Assembly (NCBI GenBank): GCA_039925145.1
Contig: JBDSZL010000004.1
Span: 65,821 to 129,820, forward strand
Length of the DNA stretch: 64,000 bases
Direction: 5' to 3'
From: Vicinamibacterales bacterium
GTDB lineage: Bacteria > Acidobacteriota > Vicinamibacteria > Vicinamibacterales > SCN-69-37
The notes under the pieces: generated by a model
What the model was told of the DNA's origin: nothing
The model's input: only the letters and a program-made list of their open reading frames with translations
Databases searched by the model: none
Shown here: piece by piece, positions 18,384 to 27,600 of the stretch
How the letters are laid out: the number at the start of each line of letters is the position of its first letter
Position numbering within the stretch: the stretch's first letter is position 1
Program-made: the position numbers and the translations under genes

Positions 18384-19340
18384 TCATCGCAGGCGCGGAT
18401 CGAATGCTTCGCGCACGGCATCGCCGAGCATGATGAAGGCCAGCACCGTCAGGCTGAGGAACCCGGCAGGAAACAGAAGCGGATGGGACGCCTGCCGAAT
18501 CCAGCGCTGCGCCTCGGCGATATCCGCGCCCCAGGAGATGGTGTTCCTTGCGCCGACGCCGAGGAACGACAGCGTGGCTTCTGCCGAGATGAAGATACCG
18601 AGCGAGATCACGAGCACCACGATGGTGGGAGCGATGGCGTTCGGGAGGATATGCCGCAGCATCAGCCGGGCGTTCCCCGCGCCGAGCACGCGTGCCGCCT
18701 GCACATAGTCCTGCTGGCGGGCCGTGATGACCGACGATCGGATGACCCGTGCAGCCGGAGGCCACCCGAGCAGTCCCAGCGCCAGCACGACCGGCCAGAT
18801 GCCCAGTTCCCTCGCGGCGAGCGCTCGTGCGACCACGACCGTGCCGAGCAGCAGCGGCAGGCCGAGCACGATGTCGGTAAAGCGTGCGAACACCGCATCC
18901 ACCCAGCCGCCGTAGAAGCCGGCCAGCAGCCCGATCACGAGCGCCACGACACCCGACAACACCATCGAGGCCACGCCCACCAGCACCGAGGCGCGCGCAC
19001 CGTAGATCGTGCGGGCGAACACGTCGCAGCCCTGCTTGTCGAACCCGAACCAGTGACCGGAGCTCGGCCCCGCAAGCGAGTCGCGCAACGAGCATTCGGC
19101 GGTGCGGGCGTTCACCGCACTGAACCATTGAGGAGCCACGGCGATCATCATCATCAGAACCGCAATGGTTATCGATATCCAGAACACCGGGCTCCGTCGC
19201 AGGTCGTCCCATGCATCGTCGGACAGACTGCGCGCCGTGATGGCCGCCGGGAAGGCCTCGGCCGCGATCGCGACGTGCCCATCCGGTCCGGTCTGGGCCT
19301 CAGGCACGGTCGAGCCGTTTGCCTCGCGCGGTTCACTCAT
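18384..19340 (-). CDS. Peptide ABC transporter permease (OppC/DppC type)
   Basis: 318-aa polytopic protein with a BPD-transporter EAA-like loop (AARVLGAGNARLMLRHILPN). Overlaps the upstream gene by 8 nt. Confidence 0.9.
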   Translation of the reverse strand: MSEPREANGSTVPEAQTGPDGHVAIAAEAFPAAITARSLSDDAWDDLRRSPVFWISITIAVLMMMIAVAPQWFSAVNARTAECSLRDSLAGPSSGHWFGFDKQGCDVFARTIYGARASVLVGVASMVLSGVVALVIGLLAGFYGGWVDAVFARFTDIVLGLPLLLGTVVVARALAARELGIWPVVLALGLLGWPPAARVIRSSVITARQQDYVQAARVLGAGNARLMLRHILPNAIAPTIVVLVISLGIFISAEATLSFLGVGARNTISWGADIAEAQRWIRQASHPLLFPAGFLSLTVLAFIMLGDAVREAFDPRLR

Positions 19341-20259
19341 GACGAATCCTGGGATCCAGCACGGCGTAGAGGATGTCGACGAGCAGATTCGTGACTAGGT
19401 AGATCAGCACCAGGATCGTGACGATACTCACGACGAGTGGACCATCCTCGAGACGAATCCCCTGAAACAGCCGCCCGCCGATGCCGGGAATGTTGAAGAT
19501 GCCCTCGGTGACCACGGCGCCCATCATCAGCGCGCCGAGTTCGGTGCCGAGAAACGTGATCACGGGAATCAGCGAGTTGCGGAGCACGTGGATGCCAACG
19601 ATGCGACGTCGGGTCAGTCCCTTCGAGAGCGCCGTGCGCACGTAATCGGCCTTCAGATTCTCTGCGACGGCGGTACGCGTGAGCCGCACCGCCGTGGCGA
19701 GGGAGAGCAGCCCGAGGACAATCGACGGCAGGATGTAGGCGGCGACGCCGAGCTCTGGCGCATAACTCGGCCGAAACCACCCGAGCCGCACGGCGAAGAG
19801 GGTCTGTGACACGGTGCCGAGAACAAAAATCGGAATGCCGATGACGATGAGCGACAGCGTCAGCGTGATGGTGTCGAAGGCGCCGCCGCGCCACATGCCG
19901 GCCAGCACGCCGGCTGGAATGCCCAGCACGATCACGATGGTGATCGACAGCAGCGCGAGCTCGATCGTGCGAGGCCACGCCTCGGCCAGCACGTCGGCGA
20001 TGGGCCGGCCGGCGATCGTCCGGCCGAGATTGCCCGTGGCCAGCCCCTTCATGTAGAAGCCGTACTGGATGATGAACGGACGGTCGAGGTGGTACTGCTC
20101 GGTCAGCTGAATCCGCTGGCTGGGGCTCAGCGGCTTCTCGCCTGCGAGCGCCTGTAATGGATCGCCCGCGATCTTGAACATCAGGGCATAAACAATGAAC
20201 GTCGTGCCGACGAACGCCACGAGCATCTGCAGCAGGCGCCTGATGATGTAGTGCGACAT
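19333..20259 (-). CDS. Peptide ABC transporter permease (OppB/DppB type)
   Basis: N-terminus MSHYIIRRLLQMLVAFVGTTFIVYALM is canonical for OppB/DppB. EAA loop YVRTALSKGLTRRRIVGIHVLRN. Confidence 0.9.
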   Translation of the reverse strand: MSHYIIRRLLQMLVAFVGTTFIVYALMFKIAGDPLQALAGEKPLSPSQRIQLTEQYHLDRPFIIQYGFYMKGLATGNLGRTIAGRPIADVLAEAWPRTIELALLSITIVIVLGIPAGVLAGMWRGGAFDTITLTLSLIVIGIPIFVLGTVSQTLFAVRLGWFRPSYAPELGVAAYILPSIVLGLLSLATAVRLTRTAVAENLKADYVRTALSKGLTRRRIVGIHVLRNSLIPVITFLGTELGALMMGAVVTEGIFNIPGIGGRLFQGIRLEDGPLVVSIVTILVLIYLVTNLLVDILYAVLDPRIRHE

Positions 20260-20300
20260 ACGTCAGCGTGCGAGGGCCGATCGGGATCGAGGCAGACCGG

Positions 20301-21983
20301 TCAACGCGTCGGGTTGGCCGGCTCGAGTTTCAGGAGCTCGGTGCGGTTGAAGAGGTCCATCAGCACGTTGGTCACACGGGTGGAATGGGCGTAGCTGTTG
20401 AGCATCAGGCGAAGGGGCAGCACGGGGAGGTCGCGCGCGAGCAGGTCCTCGGCGCGCCCGTAGAACGCGAGCGACGCCTCGAGTGTCGGGGCCTTGTCGC
20501 CGTCGGCCAGGAGCTTGTCGAACTGCGGGTTGCTGTAGCCGTAGTAGTTCGACGAGCCGTGCGTGCTGTAGAGCGGCCCGAGGTAGTTCTCGATGACCGG
20601 GTAGTCGAATATCCAGCCCATCCGAAAGGCGCCCACCGGCTGCTTCGTCTCGAGCTTGATGAGCAGTTCCGCGAACTTTGGCTGCGGGTTGCCGACGCAG
20701 TCGACGCCGAGATTCCTGCGAAGCTGGTTACAGGTCGCATCGACCCATGCCTTGTGTCCGCCGTCGACGTTATAGGCAATCTCGATGCGCCCACCCACGG
20801 CGGCGGCGCCGCCCACCGAATCGAAGAGGGCTTTGGCTTTCGCCGGGTTGAACTCGCACGCCTCGCCGCAGGTGTTCGCGCGGTAGCCGGGGACGAGTGG
20901 TGACACGAACGACCGGTGCGGCTGTTCGGCGCCGAGAAAGATCGCGCGCGAAATCTCGTCGCGATCGATGGCCATCGAGATTGCCTTGCGCACCTCCAGG
21001 CGGCTGTAGTGCTTGTCGAAGGTCGGGAACGCCAGAATCTGAATCACCGAGGACGGGCTCTGGCGGAAGCGGTCGCCGAGATCCGACTTGGCCGTACTCA
21101 GGTTCTCGACGGGCATGTGCTGCACGACGTCGAGCTGTCCGGCCAGCAGATCCTGGTACTGGGTTGTCAGCTGCTGGTAAATCTTGAAACTGACGCCCGC
21201 CACGCGCGGCTTCTCGGGACCCGCGTAGGACGCGAAGCGCTCGGTCTCGATGATCTGGTCGTGCTGCCAGGTGCCCTTCATTTTGAACGGACCCTGGCCG
21301 ATTGGCGCCTGTGCATACGCCGGCGCGATCTTGTTGCTGGCCAGATCCGCGAAGGCTGCCAGCGGCAACGGCATCAGTGCCGGAAAGCCCAGGAACGATT
21401 TGAAATTGACGTAGGGCTGGTCGAGCGTCACCTCGAACGTCAGATCGTCTTTCTTCGTGAGGCCAGACAACTTCTTTGCCGACGGCGGGGTCTTGGCGTC
21501 GGCGGGATTGAGGTCCTTGTAGCCCTGGATCTTGTCGAAATAGCCGTTCGCGTCATGGGCGTTCGGACCGTAGGCGCCGGCGTTCCAGGCGTTGATGTAC
21601 GACTCGGAGGTGACCGGCTCGCCGTTGTGGAACGTCCAGCCCGGCCTCAGGCGAATGGTCCAGACGCGGTTGTCGGGGCTGGTAATCGACTCGGCCGCCA
21701 GCTCCACCGGCCGGAACTGCGCGTCGTAGGTGACGAGCGGTGCGAACAGCGCGTTCAGCACGTCCGATCCGTTCGATTCGGTCGTGGAGCTGGGGATCAG
21801 GTGCTTCGGCTCGCCGATGCCAATGCTGACAATGAGACCGGCATCGGGCGATGACGGGGAGCGCGATCCTCCGCATGTGGCGCCGAGGATGAGGCCGGTC
21901 AGCAGCGCCGCGCGCGCGGCGCCCGCAAACACGCGCGGCCGCCGGATGCGGTCGGGTGAAAAGGAAGAGCGCATGGGAGCCAT
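20301..21983 (-). CDS. Family-5 extracellular solute-binding protein (peptide/nickel ABC substrate-binding lipoprotein)
   Basis: Chosen start MAPMRSSF...LTGLILGATCGG (lipobox-like LGATC) at 21983. The ORF-track extension to 22379 is Arg-rich and non-protein-like. The body resembles OppA/DppA family 5 SBPs. Confidence 0.8.
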   Translation of the reverse strand: MAPMRSSFSPDRIRRPRVFAGAARAALLTGLILGATCGGSRSPSSPDAGLIVSIGIGEPKHLIPSSTTESNGSDVLNALFAPLVTYDAQFRPVELAAESITSPDNRVWTIRLRPGWTFHNGEPVTSESYINAWNAGAYGPNAHDANGYFDKIQGYKDLNPADAKTPPSAKKLSGLTKKDDLTFEVTLDQPYVNFKSFLGFPALMPLPLAAFADLASNKIAPAYAQAPIGQGPFKMKGTWQHDQIIETERFASYAGPEKPRVAGVSFKIYQQLTTQYQDLLAGQLDVVQHMPVENLSTAKSDLGDRFRQSPSSVIQILAFPTFDKHYSRLEVRKAISMAIDRDEISRAIFLGAEQPHRSFVSPLVPGYRANTCGEACEFNPAKAKALFDSVGGAAAVGGRIEIAYNVDGGHKAWVDATCNQLRRNLGVDCVGNPQPKFAELLIKLETKQPVGAFRMGWIFDYPVIENYLGPLYSTHGSSNYYGYSNPQFDKLLADGDKAPTLEASLAFYGRAEDLLARDLPVLPLRLMLNSYAHSTRVTNVLMDLFNRTELLKLEPANPTR

Positions 21984-22501
21984 TGTCTCACCCGGCCAGC
22001 GCCGCGGCAGCGGGCGTTCCAGGAGACGCGAACTGGCGCGTCCTACAAGAATGTTCATACTCGTTAACGTCCATTCAACTTTGTCCGAACGAACCGGGCG
22101 CCCGCCACCCAGGCCTCGAGAGCGGCCCGCCTGGGCCCCGTGCCGAACAGCCCAATTCGACACTTGCGTCGCAGATGTCGGCACGCCGGACATTCCTGTT
22201 CGTCTTAGGGCGTCGTTCAGTCTTGATACACGGTGACGCCGTTTGTCACGAATGGCCGGAATCAGGCGCCTTGCTGTGGCATTTGCCCAGGCCGACCGGC
22301 CTCGCCAAAAACGGCCCGTCGTTTGCAATACCACTCTGCATGGCGCTGGATCGCCGCATCCTCTGTGTGAGCCCCGCAAGACCGGCTACTCTTCCTTGAA
22401 GACACCGCTTTCTTAACTTCTGTATTCCCCAATCGGCGATCCAGCGCGCTACTCGCGCAGCGGAGCAGACGACCGGCTGTTCCGCATTGTCCCGCTCGCC
22501 A

Positions 22502-24316
22502 TTAGATTTCCAGACCAATCGAACGCATCAGCTCGAGCGCGTTGCTCGTGTGCACGACGCCGGGCTTCAGCTGGTAGTCGAACCTCAGCACGCCCCCCTC
22601 GAACGAATCGTCGAAATGCACGTTGGTCGCTGCTCCGGGCAGCTGCTGGGCGATTTCGCCAAGTGCCAGGTCGTGCGTGGTCACGAGTCCGACCGCGCCC
22701 AGTTGCACCAGGCCAATGAGCACCGCCTGCGCGCCGACGCGCCGATCGTGGGAGTTGGTGCCACTCAGGATCTCGTCGAGCAGGAAGAGCACGGCGCCGT
22801 TCGTCCGGCGCGTCAGGTCTACGACCTGTTTCAGGCGCATGATCTCCGCAAAGAAGCGCGACTGGCCGTCGGCAAGCGAGTCCTGGACTCGAATCGCGGC
22901 GCCCACGTGGAGCGGCGACAATTGAAGGGCCACCGCCCTCACCGGCGCCCCCATCTGCGCCAGCACGACGTTCACGCCGATCGAGCGGAGAAACGTGCTC
23001 TTCCCGGACATGTTGGAGCCGCTGACGATCGCCAGGTGGATGGCCGAACGGGTGAGCCGGAGCGAGTTGCGCACCGCGTCGGGAGGCAGCAGGGGATGGG
23101 CGAGTCCGTCCGCCACGAGCGACGTGGCGCCCGGAGTCAGCTCGGGAAACACGTAGTCGGGGTGTTCGGCCGCCAGCGTGCCGAGCGCGAGCATGGCTTC
23201 GAACTCGCCGACGGCCTCGAGCCATTGCGGGATGTGGGCGCCGGCGCGTGCGCGCCAAGCTTCGATGGCGAAGCTCCACTGCGTGGCCCAGAGCAGAAGC
23301 GCCGCGGGAAATGCGAACAGGACGTTGCGTCGGGACGCGAGCACCGCCACGAGCTGAGACAACCGGCCAATTTCAGCCGAGGCTCTATGCCCATCGCGCC
23401 CAATCGCCTCCTGCAGCGCCACCAGGCGAGGTGCCGTGAAGTGCTCGCGCTCGATCGTGCGGAGCAGGCCGACGAGCAGATCGAGATCGTGCGCAGGCTC
23501 GTCGACCGCGTCGATCACCGCCACCACCCGCTGTTTGAACCATTGTGCCGCGCCCAGCTGCACGAACAGCACCGCCATGGCGAGCGCGCCAACCCCCGTG
23601 CGGGCCCACCATGCCAGGCTTCCGATGGTCGCCAGGACGAGCAGCACGAGGGCCAGGCGCACACCAAGACCGTGGAGCGTCAGAGGGGATGCGGCCCAGC
23701 GGCGCAGCAGCGCCGCGTCTACGCCCACCCGCAACTGATCTCCGAGCACGGCGACCGTCTCACGCAAATCGAGCCGCTCGGCCAGTTCGCGCACCGCCAC
23801 TTGCCGGGACCGAATCTCTTCGACCGGTGCGGGAGCCAGCAGCCACGCGGCCAGCGTTGCTTCTCCCGCCCTCGTGCGTGTGGTGGCCAGCAGCTCGAAG
23901 ACGCTGCCGCGTCCGAAGATGTCGAGATCGTCGGCATAGAGATGGCCCTCGGGCTTGAATTCATCGCCGGTCCGGCCGCGGCCGATCCAGTCGTGCGCCA
24001 TGCGCGCCAGTCCGCGGTCGAAGAAGGCCACCGCGGAGGCCGCCCTGTCGCGCGCGTTCAACGCTTGTGCATGGAGGATGGCCGTGACCACGAACAGGAA
24101 CAGCGGGATCAGCAGCCATGGCAGAGCGTTGAGTCCACCGGCGATGAGCGTGGCGACTCCGACGGCCACGAGGAAGAGACGCAGATAGCTGAACCGTGCG
24201 TGAGCCTGGATCCTCGCCGCGAGCCGCTCCTGGCGCTCGGACCGATACCGCTTGTACTCCGCGACAACGGCTGCTGCATCCTGGCTTGGGGTGTGGGACA
24301 CGGGAGTGGCTGTCAT
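22502..24316 (-). CDS. Membrane-anchored MutS-family ATPase (MutS domain V only, with no recognisable mismatch-binding or Smr domain)
   Basis: About four TM helices in the N-terminal half (FSYLRLFLVAVGVATLIAGGL..., LALVLLVLATIGSLAWW...). C-terminal Walker A GSNMSGKST, Walker B LFLLDEILSGTN, and TTHDL. Confidence 0.8.
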   Translation of the reverse strand: MTATPVSHTPSQDAAAVVAEYKRYRSERQERLAARIQAHARFSYLRLFLVAVGVATLIAGGLNALPWLLIPLFLFVVTAILHAQALNARDRAASAVAFFDRGLARMAHDWIGRGRTGDEFKPEGHLYADDLDIFGRGSVFELLATTRTRAGEATLAAWLLAPAPVEEIRSRQVAVRELAERLDLRETVAVLGDQLRVGVDAALLRRWAASPLTLHGLGVRLALVLLVLATIGSLAWWARTGVGALAMAVLFVQLGAAQWFKQRVVAVIDAVDEPAHDLDLLVGLLRTIEREHFTAPRLVALQEAIGRDGHRASAEIGRLSQLVAVLASRRNVLFAFPAALLLWATQWSFAIEAWRARAGAHIPQWLEAVGEFEAMLALGTLAAEHPDYVFPELTPGATSLVADGLAHPLLPPDAVRNSLRLTRSAIHLAIVSGSNMSGKSTFLRSIGVNVVLAQMGAPVRAVALQLSPLHVGAAIRVQDSLADGQSRFFAEIMRLKQVVDLTRRTNGAVLFLLDEILSGTNSHDRRVGAQAVLIGLVQLGAVGLVTTHDLALGEIAQQLPGAATNVHFDDSFEGGVLRFDYQLKPGVVHTSNALELMRSIGLEI

Positions 24317-24750
24317 GACAGGGTGAAATCCCTCGCGTAGAGCACCGCCAATGGCAGCTCAGCCATGGCATCAGACAGCTGGATCGCGCCGTCGTGTGCA
24401 AGCGATGCGCCGGTCAGCACGTTGTGCATCGTGCCGCTCGATGGCAGGCCCACCTCGGTGTCGCGCCACGCCGTGCCCACGGGCATGGGGCCGACTCGCG
24501 AGGAGAGCCGCGGGACCAGAACAACGGCAGCCTCACGTTCCAAGACGCGCGCAAAGGCGACGACGCTGCCCGCGAATGGACCGCGGGCCGCCATCAGAAT
24601 GGGCGAGAGGTACAGCGTGTCGACGCCGAGCGCGACGAAGTAGGGAATCAGCGCTTCAGCGTCTCCGAACGTCAGGTCACGGTTGAGCTGCAGACGGTAG
24701 GTCGCGAGAGGCACCCGGCTGGCACGGGACAGCGGCATCGATGCTCTCAA
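24313..24750 (-). pseudogene. treY: In-frame internal-deletion relic of malto-oligosyltrehalose synthase (treY): N-terminal ~57 aa fused to C-terminal ~88 aa
   Basis: The N-terminus PLATYRLQLNRDLTFGDAEALIPYFVALGVDTLYLSPILMAARG matches the conserved TreY N-terminus. It then jumps (around nt 24575-24585) to the TreY C-terminal pattern FAGSVVAFARV...VVLVPRL...WRDTEVGLPSSGTMHNVLTG...LPLAVLY. Total length is 145 aa, versus roughly 700-800 aa or more in the characterised TreY enzymes I recall. Confidence 0.6.
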
Positions 24751-24823
24751 CTGTAATGGGTGTCATCAGGCCCCACCGCCATTTGCTCGAGATTTTTATC
24801 TTCGAGCGGCTAATACTCAGGAG

Positions 24824-27535
24824 GTGAAACTTGCACTCCGCCTCGAGACGCTGCTGGCGGTCCTGGTGCTCTGCACCGTATTGCCCTTGGCACTGTTTTC
24901 GGCGCTGCTCATCCAGTCCGCCCGGGAGCGGCAGAAGGAAGTCACGTTCCGGGGCAACCTCGACACGGCACGGGCCGTATCGGGCGCCATCGACCAGCAC
25001 ATCAAAAGCACCACGGAGGCGCTCGCGACACTCAGTGCAATCAAGGTGTTCGAGGAGAACTACGTGGACGGCTTCGGCGAGCTCGCCGCGCGTCTTCTGG
25101 AGGTACGTCCGTCGTGGGCCGCCCTGCTGCTGGCCGACGGCGACGGCAAGATCGTCGGCTCGCGGGGGATGAGTCTGGCAACGACGCGACCGGCGACCTG
25201 GGCCATCGCCGTTGCAACCACCGGTCGCCCGGCCGTGTCGCCTCTACTCATTGATGCCGAGACCGACCGCCGATCGTACGTGGTCGCCGTGCCTGTCCTG
25301 CGCGAGCAGCACGTGCAACTGGTCCTCGGCGTCGAGCTCGAGGGCGAGACCCTCAAGGCGTTGCTTCAGCCACAGGCGGCCGCTTCCGACGATGGCGTCG
25401 TGGAGCTGACGGATGCTGACCTCACGATCATCGGCCGGAGCCCCGAGGGACCGACGACCCTCGGACAGCGCGAGTCCCAGGAATTCGCCACCGCCACCGA
25501 CGGCAAGCCCGAGGGGAGCTGGGCCGGCAAGAGGCTCGACGGCACACTCGTCTATTCCGCGTTCGTTCGATCCGATCTGACGCAGTGGCTCGTGGTGATG
25601 AGTCGTCCACGAGGCGAGCTGGATCGACCTCTGGCTCACTCGTACTGGGCCCTCACTACCCTCGGACTCGGCACCCTCCTGTTTGGCGTCGTGAGCGGCA
25701 CCATCGTGGGCCGTATCGTCGTGCGCGCCGCTCGATCGACGACGGCAGCGGCGGGTGCGCTCGCGCGCGGTGAGCCGGTGCGACCGCCCCGATCCCACAT
25801 CGTCGAGCTCGATCAGCTTAGTGCCGGGCTGCTCCGAGCGGCCACGATCCTCGAAAAGCGGATCGCTGAGCGCGATGAGGCCGGGCGCCAGCTGGCGCTC
25901 GCCGTCGAGGATCGGCAGCGCGCGCTCGACGCCGAACGGGCCTCGCGCGTGCGCAGCGAAGAACAGGAAGCCTACCTGAGCGTGACACTGCGCAGCATTG
26001 GTGACGCCGTGATCGTGACCGACAGCGAAGGCCGCGTCACCATGATGAACCGTGTGGCACAGGCGATGACGGGATACGAGGAGGCGGACGCGACCGGACG
26101 GCCTGTCACCGAAGTCTGCCGCCTGGTCGACGAGCAGACGGGCCTGTCGCTCGAAGACGTCGCCGCGCGCGCGATTCGGGAAGGCCACGTCACCGACCCG
26201 GGCGCGCATTCCGTCCTGGTCTCGCGGACGGGTAACGCCACGCCCGTGAGCGACACGGCCGCCCCGCTGCTCATGCCCGACGGCACCGCGATTGGCGCGG
26301 TCATCGTGTTCCGCGACGTGTCGGTCGGGCGAGTGATGGAGCGGCAGCGCGCGGCTCTGCTCGAACAGGAACAGGCGGCGCGGCGCGAAGCCGAGGCGCT
26401 GAGCCGGAGCAAGGACGAGTTCGTCGCGACGATCTCTCACGAGCTGCGCACGCCGCTCAGTGCGATCGTCGGCTGGGTCCGCCTTCTGCGGAGTGGCGTG
26501 CTCGACTCTGGCGCGCAGGCCCACGCCCTCGAGGTCGTGGAGCGCAACACCAACGCGCAGACGCAGCTGGTCGAGGACCTGCTCGAGATGTCGCGCATCA
26601 TCACGGGCCGCATGCGGCCTGAGATGCGCGACGTCGCCATGGGGTCGCTCGTGACCGCCGCGGCCGAGAGCGTGAAGCCGACGGTCGAGGCCAAGCGCAT
26701 CAGCCTGGGCGTCGACGTCGGTTCGTGCCCTTCACTTGTCTCTGCCGATCCGGATCGCCTGCAACAGGTGATCTGGAATCTCCTGGTCAACGCTGTCAAG
26801 TTCACGCCGGTCGGTGGACGCGTCGATGTGCGCCTGAGGGAAGAAGGCGACTCCGTCGTCCTGTCGGTGCGCGATTCCGGCGTGGGGATCGCGGCCGATC
26901 AGTTGTCGTTGGTGTTCGACCAGTTCTGGCAGGGCGGCGTACCCGATCGACTGTCTCGCGGCGGTCTCGGCATTGGTCTTTCGCTCGTCAAACGCCTCAT
27001 CGAGCTGCACGGCGGAGACGTGACGGCGGAGAGCGAAGGCGCCGGCCACGGCTCGACGTTCACGGTTCGCCTTCCGGCGCTCCGGGGCGCGCCGCCGTCA
27101 CTCCCCGCCGTCGACCGGACCCAGTCGCCAGCCGACGCCGACTTCAAACCCTTGCTGAGCGGCGTGCGTGTGCTGGTGGTCGAAGACGATGAGGACACGG
27201 CCGAGCTCATCGCCACCGTGCTGCAACATGCCGGAGCCGAGGTGATGCTCGCGGCCTCGATCGGCGAGGCGCTGCGGCAGACAGCGGAACTGGCCGAGCC
27301 GCCGCACCTGATCCTGAGTGACGTGGGGCTACCTGATGGTAGCGGCTACGATCTGCTCCAGCGGCTGCGGCGCGACGACCGATACCGGCACGTGCCGGCG
27401 ATTGCGGTGACCGCCTACAGCCGCATGGAAGACCGGGAACAGGCGACAGCCGCCGGATTCGAATGGCACGTCGGCAAGCCGTTTGAGCCGCAGGAGCTAC
27501 TGGACCAGGTCGCGGCGGTGACAGGACGGCGCTGA
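24824..27535 (+). CDS. Hybrid sensor histidine kinase (periplasmic Cache-like sensor, HAMP, PAS, HisKA, HATPase_c, receiver)
   Basis: Two TM segments flank a ~250-aa extracytoplasmic region. PAS region ([21 protein letters not shown]), H-box SHELRTPL, G-boxes DSGVGI / [10 protein letters not shown], and a REC domain ([13 protein letters not shown]...[13 protein letters not shown]...GKPF). The GTG start is uncertain because AGGAGG directly abuts it. Confidence 0.9.
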   Translation: MKLALRLETLLAVLVLCTVLPLALFSALLIQSARERQKEVTFRGNLDTARAVSGAIDQHIKSTTEALATLSAIKVFEENYVDGFGELAARLLEVRPSWAALLLADGDGKIVGSRGMSLATTRPATWAIAVATTGRPAVSPLLIDAETDRRSYVVAVPVLREQHVQLVLGVELEGETLKALLQPQAAASDDGVVELTDADLTIIGRSPEGPTTLGQRESQEFATATDGKPEGSWAGKRLDGTLVYSAFVRSDLTQWLVVMSRPRGELDRPLAHSYWALTTLGLGTLLFGVVSGTIVGRIVVRAARSTTAAAGALARGEPVRPPRSHIVELDQLSAGLLRAATILEKRIAERDEAGRQLALAVEDRQRALDAERASRVRSEEQEAYLSVTLRSIGDAVIVTDSEGRVTMMNRVAQAMTGYEEADATGRPVTEVCRLVDEQTGLSLEDVAARAIREGHVTDPGAHSVLVSRTGNATPVSDTAAPLLMPDGTAIGAVIVFRDVSVGRVMERQRAALLEQEQAARREAEALSRSKDEFVATISHELRTPLSAIVGWVRLLRSGVLDSGAQAHALEVVERNTNAQTQLVEDLLEMSRIITGRMRPEMRDVAMGSLVTAAAESVKPTVEAKRISLGVDVGSCPSLVSADPDRLQQVIWNLLVNAVKFTPVGGRVDVRLREEGDSVVLSVRDSGVGIAADQLSLVFDQFWQGGVPDRLSRGGLGIGLSLVKRLIELHGGDVTAESEGAGHGSTFTVRLPALRGAPPSLPAVDRTQSPADADFKPLLSGVRVLVVEDDEDTAELIATVLQHAGAEVMLAASIGEALRQTAELAEPPHLILSDVGLPDGSGYDLLQRLRRDDRYRHVPAIAVTAYSRMEDREQATAAGFEWHVGKPFEPQELLDQVAAVTGRR

Positions 27536-27600
27536 TAGCGGCGGCAAATCGTCTGCTGTTCGCGCTTGCGGGTGGTGCGGGGTAAGCTTCGGGACGCACC

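Noticed and set aside
24819-24826. AGGAGG immediately abutting the GTG start proposed for the hybrid kinase, with the alternative TTG at 24831 considered.
   Set aside because: TTG 24831 is in a different frame that yields an Arg-rich 113-aa product. The kinase frame needs a start upstream of its first TM helix, so GTG 24824 is kept, with the start flagged as uncertain.
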